Positions 58,245 to 64,000 of a stretch of 64,000 nt of DNA are shown here, in pieces. The translations under genes were made by a program, and so were the position numbers. The DNA is from Acidobacteriota bacterium (GTDB taxonomy: Bacteria > Acidobacteriota > Terriglobia > 2-12-FULL-54-10), in the NCBI GenBank assembly GCA_009691245.1, contig SHUM01000004.1, forward strand, positions 9,032 to 73,031, given 5' to 3'. The number at the start of each line of letters is the position of its first letter. Position 1 is the stretch's first letter. A model generated the notes under the pieces. The model was not told the DNA's origin. It searched no databases and saw nothing but the letters and a program-made list of their open reading frames with translations.

Positions 58245-61200
58245 ATGAAGACCATGCAGGCAACACCGGGATCATTGCGCTGGACAGGCGTCCGGGCGGC
58301 GATGCTATCAATACTATTGGGAGTGATGCTGGCGGCCCTCGCGCCCGCCAAGCTCTCGGCCCAGAGCGCGGGGACCATTTCGGGCACGGTGCGCGATGAA
58401 TCGAGCGCGGTGCTGCCGGGCGTGGAAGTGGTGATGCGCAATGTCGAGACCGGTTTCACGCGCACCGTCGCCACCGACGCGGCGGGGCGCTACAGCGCGC
58501 CGCAATTGCCGCTCGGCCAGTATGAAGTGCGCGCCAGCTTCACCGGCTTCAAAACGGAAGTGCGCAGCGGGCTGACGCTGACCGTGGGCCGCGAAGCCGT
58601 GGTCGAACTAATCCTGAAAGTGGGCAGCGTGGCCGAGACGGTGGAAGTTACCGGCGAAGCGCCGCTGGTCGAGACCACCAACAGCGCCGTCGCCGGCTTG
58701 GTCAGCGACCAGCAGGTCCGCGACCTGCCGCTCAATGGCCGCAGCATCGAGCAGCTGGCCATCCTGCAGCTGGGCGTGACGCTCTCGCGCAACGGCAACA
58801 CCGGCATGTTCTCAGGCTCCGTAACGCGCATCAATATCGGCGGCGCGCGCACCACCTCGAACAGCTTCCTGCTCGACGGCACCGACATCAATGACATCTG
58901 GAACAACACGCCGGGCAGCGTGGCCGGCGTCTCCCTGGGCGTGGACACTATCCGCGAATTCAAGGTGCTGGTGAACAACTACTCCGCCGAATACGGGCGC
59001 GCCGGCGGCGGCGTGGTCTTGTCCGTAACGCGCTCGGGTACCAATGAGCTGCACGGCTCGGCCTTCGAGTTCCTGCGCAACTCCGCGCTCGACGCCCGCA
59101 ACTTCTTCGACCGCGATTCGCTCTTCCCCAGCAAAGTAACCGACCCGCCGCCGTTTCGGCGCAATCAGTTCGGCTTCACGCTGGGCGGACCCATCAAGAC
59201 GGACAAAACATTTTTCTTCGGCAGCTTTGAAGGGCTGCGCCAGAACCTGACCACCACGCAGTTCTCGCGCGTGCCGTCGGCCCGGATACGCGCGTTCGCG
59301 CATCCCACCGTTGCGCCCTATCTCGCACTGCTCCCGCTGCCTGCGCCGAACGCCCCGGAGGGCGCCGACGGAACCGTGGAGTATGTCGGGCAGGTACGCG
59401 AGCCGATTGATGAAAACTACATGATGGTGCGCGCCGATCATTCATTCTCATCATCCGATTCGCTCTTCGGGCGCTACACCTTTGACAACGCCAACAAGTT
59501 CACGCCCAACATCCCCAACACCCTGGCGCTGGCCGACCGTTCGCGCAATCAATATCTGACGATTGAAGAGAATCATATTTTCTCGCCGGCGTGGCTGGCC
59601 GTATTTCGCGCGGGTTACAATCGCTCGGTCAGCGAAGAGGCTTGCCCGCGTCAGGTGGAGATCCCGTCTTCGCTGGACCTGATCCCCGGTCGCCCCTTCG
59701 CATCGAGCGGCGGCATCACCCCCGGCTCCGGCATCGTCGGCTTGTCCAACTGCGGAACTTCGCCGCAGGGCAACTGGTACAACCTGCTGGAAGGCTCCAC
59801 CGACATGACCTTCATTCGGTCGGGACACTCGCTGAAGACCGGCGTGATCGGCAAGAACATCCGCGTGAACAAGCGCGGCGAGGCCAACCAGTCCGGCTCC
59901 TACACCTTCACCAGCCTGTTCAATTTTCTGGGCATCAGCAATCTGGCTGGAACGCCCCTGGCCAATGGTCCCACCTCCAGCCTGTTCACCGGGCAGCTTC
60001 CTCTGGACGCCAACACCTCGCGCTCCTGGCGCCAGGAACTGATTGGGACATATATTCAGGATGAGTGGAAGGCCACATCGAAACTCACGCTGAATCTGGG
60101 ACTGCGCTACGAAGTGGTAACGGCGCCGAGCGAAGCCTTCGGGCGCGGATCGTCGCTGTTGAATCCGCAGGCGGATCGCAACGTGAAGGTGTTTGGCAAG
60201 GAACCCTTCCTGCCCAACCTCAGCAAGAAGAATTTCGCGCCGCGCATCGGCTTCGCTTACGATCCCACCGGATCGGGAAGGACCGTGATCCGCGGCGGTG
60301 GTGGAATCTTCTATGATCAGATTCTTCCAGCCACTTATCAGATCGCGGTGCTGCGCAACCCACCGTTCTATGTGCGCGCCTCCATCACCAATCCGCCGTG
60401 GCCGAATGCCTATCAGTTGCTGCTGGCCGGCGTTGATCCCGGCTCGCAGGCGCTTAACAATTTCACGCCGAGTAGTTCGCCGCGCACCATGCAGTATAAC
60501 TTCGGCGTGCAGCATCAGTTCGCCGGAGGTTGGGTGGCAAACATGCTGTACCTCGGCTCACGCGGCATGCATCTCATTTCCGCGCGCGACGCCAACTCCG
60601 CGCTGCCGCAGATTCAACAGGACGGCCGCTACTTCTTCCCGTTGAACGCGGTGCGCCGCAATCCCAATTTCGGCGAAATCGTCAACTACACCACGGACGG
60701 CAACTCCAACTACAACTCGCTGGGGCTCGGCATCAACAAGCGTTTTTCGCAGGGCTTCCAGTTGCAGGGTTCCTACAATTGGTCGAAGCTGATCGACAAC
60801 ACTTCGGGCCAGTACGCGCCCGAGACAGCCAGCGGCAGTCGCTCGCTGATGAACCCCGATGATCCGCGCGTGGACCGGAGCCTCTCGGCGCAGAATGTGG
60901 GACAAAACCTGGTGGGCAACGTTACCTATGAACTGCCTCTCGGCGCGGGTGCCTCCGGCATCGCTGCGCAGCTGATCCACGGCTGGCAGTTGAACAGCAT
61001 CGTCACTCTTTCTTCCGGCGTCCCCGTGAATCTGGAGCTGGGCTTCAACCGCGCGCGCAACGCGCAGGTTACCGGGACCGGCTTCCAGCAACGCCCCGAC
61101 CTCGTCTCCGGCAGCAGCAACAATCCTACGGATGGCGCCTCCATCGGCTGCGCGGGAGGATTCGCGGCGGGCACGCCGCTGGGCACCCCGGACCTCTACG

Positions 61201-61508
61201 TTGATCCCTGCGCGTTCCGCCTGCCGGAGGCCGGATATTTCGGCAATCTCGGCCGCAACACCATCATCGGACCCCCGCTGACCAATGTGGACTTCAGCGT
61301 CCTGAAACGCTTTGAGCTGCCGCGCGAAGGTCTAAGCCTGCAATGGCGCACCGAGGTCTTCAACCTGTTCAATCACGCTAACTTCTTCAGCCCCAACCGG
61401 ACCATCTTCTCGACCGCCGATGGCGTGGCGCGCAGCGACTTCGGGCAGATTCGCTCGACGCGCACCAGCGCGCGGCAGATTCAGTTCGGGTTGAAGCTGC
61501 TGTTCTAG
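58245..61508 (+). CDS. TonB-dependent receptor with N-terminal carboxypeptidase-regulatory-like domain
   Basis: Signal peptide, CarbopepD_reg-like N-terminus, plug, barrel, C-terminal RQIQFGLKLLF. Confidence 0.85.
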   Translation: MKTMQATPGSLRWTGVRAAMLSILLGVMLAALAPAKLSAQSAGTISGTVRDESSAVLPGVEVVMRNVETGFTRTVATDAAGRYSAPQLPLGQYEVRASFTGFKTEVRSGLTLTVGREAVVELILKVGSVAETVEVTGEAPLVETTNSAVAGLVSDQQVRDLPLNGRSIEQLAILQLGVTLSRNGNTGMFSGSVTRINIGGARTTSNSFLLDGTDINDIWNNTPGSVAGVSLGVDTIREFKVLVNNYSAEYGRAGGGVVLSVTRSGTNELHGSAFEFLRNSALDARNFFDRDSLFPSKVTDPPPFRRNQFGFTLGGPIKTDKTFFFGSFEGLRQNLTTTQFSRVPSARIRAFAHPTVAPYLALLPLPAPNAPEGADGTVEYVGQVREPIDENYMMVRADHSFSSSDSLFGRYTFDNANKFTPNIPNTLALADRSRNQYLTIEENHIFSPAWLAVFRAGYNRSVSEEACPRQVEIPSSLDLIPGRPFASSGGITPGSGIVGLSNCGTSPQGNWYNLLEGSTDMTFIRSGHSLKTGVIGKNIRVNKRGEANQSGSYTFTSLFNFLGISNLAGTPLANGPTSSLFTGQLPLDANTSRSWRQELIGTYIQDEWKATSKLTLNLGLRYEVVTAPSEAFGRGSSLLNPQADRNVKVFGKEPFLPNLSKKNFAPRIGFAYDPTGSGRTVIRGGGGIFYDQILPATYQIAVLRNPPFYVRASITNPPWPNAYQLLLAGVDPGSQALNNFTPSSSPRTMQYNFGVQHQFAGGWVANMLYLGSRGMHLISARDANSALPQIQQDGRYFFPLNAVRRNPNFGEIVNYTTDGNSNYNSLGLGINKRFSQGFQLQGSYNWSKLIDNTSGQYAPETASGSRSLMNPDDPRVDRSLSAQNVGQNLVGNVTYELPLGAGASGIAAQLIHGWQLNSIVTLSSGVPVNLELGFNRARNAQVTGTGFQQRPDLVSGSSNNPTDGASIGCAGGFAAGTPLGTPDLYVDPCAFRLPEAGYFGNLGRNTIIGPPLTNVDFSVLKRFELPREGLSLQWRTEVFNLFNHANFFSPNRTIFSTADGVARSDFGQIRSTRTSARQIQFGLKLLF

Positions 61509-61535
61509 GAGTTCGGTCGCGACAATCAATTTGTA

Positions 61536-61640
61536 CGTCGTCATCCCGAGCGCAGCGAGGGACCTGCTTTTCGCACCTACTGATGAAGATGCGGATTGAA
61601 AAAGCAGGTCCCTCGCTGCGCTCGGGATGACGACTTTTTA
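61536..61640 (+). terminator. Long perfect hairpin (about 32-bp stem GTCATCCCGAGCGCAGCGAGGGACCTGCTTTT ... AAAAGCAGGTCCCTCGCTGCGCTCGGGATGAC) plus T-run; rho-independent terminator
   Basis: Seen directly, 28 nt after the receptor stop. Confidence 0.8.
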
Positions 61641-61704
61641 GGGTATCGTGTACGTGTATAAATTACTCGCGTTACTTCATCCACCCTGACCGGAAGGGAT
61701 CACC

Positions 61705-63060
61705 ATGCTGCAACGCATCGCCGCACGCGCGCTCGCTTTCTCGCAACATTACATGCCGGCGCCCTACCTGCTCTCGCTGCTGCTGACGTTTGTCTCGGCG
61801 GCGCTGGCCTTCGCCATCACGCACACGGCGGTCGAGAAGATTCTCTCGTCCTGGTACGGCGGCATCTGGGAGATTCTCGCCTTCACCACGCAGATGGCGC
61901 TGATCCTGCTGTGCGGCCACGCGCTGGTCGATGCGCCGCTGGTGCGCCGCGCGCTTGACCGCATCAGCGCGATCCCGCGCACGGCGGTCCACGCCGGGAT
62001 GCTGGTGTTTCTGGTGGGCTGGGCCACGGCGCTATTCAACTGGGGATTCTCGCTGGTGGTTTCCGGCGTGCTGGTGCGCGAGATTCCGCGCCGCATGACC
62101 GGCGTGTCGAAAGGCTATCTCGCCGCAGCGGGCTACACGGGATGGGCCGTGTGGGCCTCGGGAATTTCCAGTTCCATCGCGCTGGTTACGGCCACGCCCG
62201 GCTCGCCCATGAACATTATTGAGCGCATGTCGGGCGCGACCATTCCGCTGTCAGAGACGCTGCTGCCGCTCTATAACGTAGTCCCCGTGCTGGGCATGGC
62301 CATACTCATGCCGCTACTGTTCGCTAAAATTCATCCCGCATCCGAAACAGTGCCGCGCGCGTCAGCAAGCGGGCCGCTGGAACACCCTGCTCCAGACGCG
62401 CCAGTTGGCCACGATGCTTCCGGTCACCGAATCCCTAAGACCATCGCAGAGCGCATTGAGCAGAGCCGTCTGGTTACAATCATTCTCGTCGGCATGGCCG
62501 CGCTGTTCATTGTCCAGCGCATCGCGGCGGGCGCGTTCAATCTGGACCTGAACATGATGATCTTTCTGTTGCTCGCGCTGGGATGGGCGCTGCACGGCAC
62601 CCCTATCAGTTACATGCAGGCGTTCCACGGCGGCGCAAAGGCAGCCGGGCCGATCCTGCTCGCCTATCCGCTGTACGGCGGCATCCTCGGGCTGATCCGC
62701 GACACCGGTCTGGCCGATTGGTTCGCGCAGCAGTTTGTCGCATTTTCCACCAGTCATACCCTGCCCTTCTGGTCCTACGTCAGTTCCAACGTCATCACGC
62801 TGTTCGTGCCGTCGGGCGGCGGACACTGGGCCGTGCAGGGTCCGGTGATGGTGAAGGCCGCGCTGGAACTCGACGCTTCCCTCGCCAAGACCGCCATGGC
62901 CGTGGCCTTCGGCGAGCAGACCGGCAACCTCTTCCAACCCTTCTGGGCGCTGCCCATCGTCAGCATCGGCGGCGTCAGCGTGCGCGAAATGATGGGCTAC
63001 TGCATGGTGGCCTTCTTCATCGCCTTCCCCCTGTTCGGCATCGCCCTGCTGGTGTTCTAG
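61705..63060 (+). CDS. Short-chain fatty acid transporter family (AtoE-like) integral membrane protein
   Basis: 12-14 TM helices; sequence pattern typical of the AtoE family (my recollection). Confidence 0.65.
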   Translation: MLQRIAARALAFSQHYMPAPYLLSLLLTFVSAALAFAITHTAVEKILSSWYGGIWEILAFTTQMALILLCGHALVDAPLVRRALDRISAIPRTAVHAGMLVFLVGWATALFNWGFSLVVSGVLVREIPRRMTGVSKGYLAAAGYTGWAVWASGISSSIALVTATPGSPMNIIERMSGATIPLSETLLPLYNVVPVLGMAILMPLLFAKIHPASETVPRASASGPLEHPAPDAPVGHDASGHRIPKTIAERIEQSRLVTIILVGMAALFIVQRIAAGAFNLDLNMMIFLLLALGWALHGTPISYMQAFHGGAKAAGPILLAYPLYGGILGLIRDTGLADWFAQQFVAFSTSHTLPFWSYVSSNVITLFVPSGGGHWAVQGPVMVKAALELDASLAKTAMAVAFGEQTGNLFQPFWALPIVSIGGVSVREMMGYCMVAFFIAFPLFGIALLVF

Positions 63061-63117
63061 CGTGGCGCGGCGCGTGACAGTGCCGCGCGCGTGCGCAAGC
63101 AGGCCTATGGAATAACC
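63061..63117 (-). repeat. REP-like dispersed repeat copy (reverse orientation)
   Basis: rc = GGTTATTCCATAGGCCTGCTTGCGCACGCGCGCGGCACTGTCACGCGCCGCGCC. Confidence 0.75.
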
Positions 63118-63192
63118 ACGTCCCGGTTACGCCGTCTTTTCCCAATCCAGAGCACAACGCCATCGTGAAACCCAACCATCTCCAAACGCGGC

Positions 63193-63253
63193 GTTGTGTT
63201 CCATCGGCCCGCTCGCTGACGCGCGCGGCACTGTCACGCGGCTCTGTCACGCG
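63193..63253 (+). repeat. REP-like dispersed repeat copy with a tandem-duplicated 3' module (GGCACTGTCACGCGGCTCTGTCACGCG); inverted partner of 63061-63117
   Basis: Seen directly. Confidence 0.75.
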
Positions 63254-63284
63254 TGCTATATTCTGAAGGAGGAGCGCTGCGACA

Positions 63285-64000
63285 TTGTTCAAATCGTTGT
63301 TTGGATCGAAACCCGACCAGCCTGCAAACGCCACGGAAGAGACGCCTCCCGTGAAGCTGGGGCTGTTCGCACGCTTGAAGCAGGCCGTTCAGTCCACCAA
63401 GGATTCCTTCGTCGGCAAAATCGAGCAGACGCTGCGCTCGAAACCCGTCTTCGACGACTCGTTGTGGGACGAGTTGGAAACCATCCTCATCCAGAGCGAC
63501 ATCGGCGTTAGCACCACCACCGAAGTGCTGGATGCGGTTCGCGCCGAGGTCAAACGCGGCGAGTTGCCCGATACGGCGGCGGTGCGCGGGTCGTTGCAAC
63601 GGCAGCTTGCAAAACTTCTGGAGAGTTCATCCATTGGCACGCGAGCGGTGGCCACGCAGCCGCAGGTGATCCTGGTCGTCGGCGTGAACGGCACCGGCAA
63701 GACCACCACCATCGGGCGTCTGGCGTGGCAGTTGACGCGTGCAGGCAAGAAAGTTTTGCTGGTCGCGGGCGACACATTTCGCGCCGCGGCCATCGAGCAG
63801 TTGGAAGTGTGGGGCGAGCGCGCCGGCTGTGAAGTGATCAAGCAGAAGCCCGGCGCGGACCCCAGCGCGGTGATCTTCGACGGACTGGCCGCAGCCAAGT
63901 CGCGCGGCTACGATGTGGTCATCGCTGACACCGCCGGTCGTCTGCACACCAAAGCAAACCTGATGACCGAGCTTGAGAAAGTAACGCGCACGTGCAACAA
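63285..64000 (+). CDS. ftsY: Signal recognition particle receptor FtsY, 5' partial (runs off the window)
   Basis: TTG start 12 nt after [39 protein letters not shown] motifs. Missed by the ORF track because the start is non-ATG. Confidence 0.8.
   Translation, partial: MFKSLFGSKPDQPANATEETPPVKLGLFARLKQAVQSTKDSFVGKIEQTLRSKPVFDDSLWDELETILIQSDIGVSTTTEVLDAVRAEVKRGELPDTAAVRGSLQRQLAKLLESSSIGTRAVATQPQVILVVGVNGTGKTTTIGRLAWQLTRAGKKVLLVAGDTFRAAAIEQLEVWGERAGCEVIKQKPGADPSAVIFDGLAAAKSRGYDVVIADTAGRLHTKANLMTELEKVTRTCN

Overview
This is a 64-kb, high-GC (about 65 percent) chromosomal segment that I infer to be Acidobacteria, Solibacter/Bryobacter-like. The inference rests on Solibacter-type C-terminal domains and a VWFA-related Acidobacterial domain (TIGRFAM names recalled from memory), on DUF1553/DUF1549 (cytochrome-c-like N-terminus) plus DUF1501 gene pairs, and on TonB-dependent receptors with carboxypeptidase-regulatory-like N-termini. 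Core, confidently called genes: tadA; a standalone nuoI-like ferredoxin; a CHASE2 adenylate cyclase; tRNA-Ser(UGA); an EF-G paralog; a MacB/LolD-like ABC pair; an FmdB zinc ribbon; a menC-like enolase; an EamA transporter; the uppS-cdsA-dxr-rseP-ispG envelope/isoprenoid cluster; two DUF1553-DUF1501 pairs flanking an ankyrin protein and a TonB-dependent receptor; two more TonB-dependent receptors; an AtoE-like transporter; and the 5' part of ftsY. Accessory or unusual content: (1) a standalone SEFIR/TIR-like-NB-ARC-TPR STAND NTPase, a candidate NLR-like antiphage gene, downstream of tRNA-Ser with a repeat-dense 780-bp upstream region; (2) a roughly 2-kb low-GC island carrying a frameshifted secreted Solibacter-C-terminal-domain gene that replaces the 3' part of a Ser/Thr kinase gene, next to an orphan higA antitoxin flanked by direct copies of a dispersed REP-like repeat; (3) a cluster of three secreted proteins with CHRD or CxxCH N-terminal modules; (4) a DUF898 gene split by an in-frame TAG upstream of an M48 protease; (5) two dispersed intergenic repeat families (about 10 and 4 copies) that include inverted, MITE-like pairs; (6) an orphan C-terminal DNA-methyltransferase fragment. 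I found no CRISPR array, no integrase and no rRNA. All calls rest on reading the six-frame translations and the nucleotide sequence by eye; no database searches were run.
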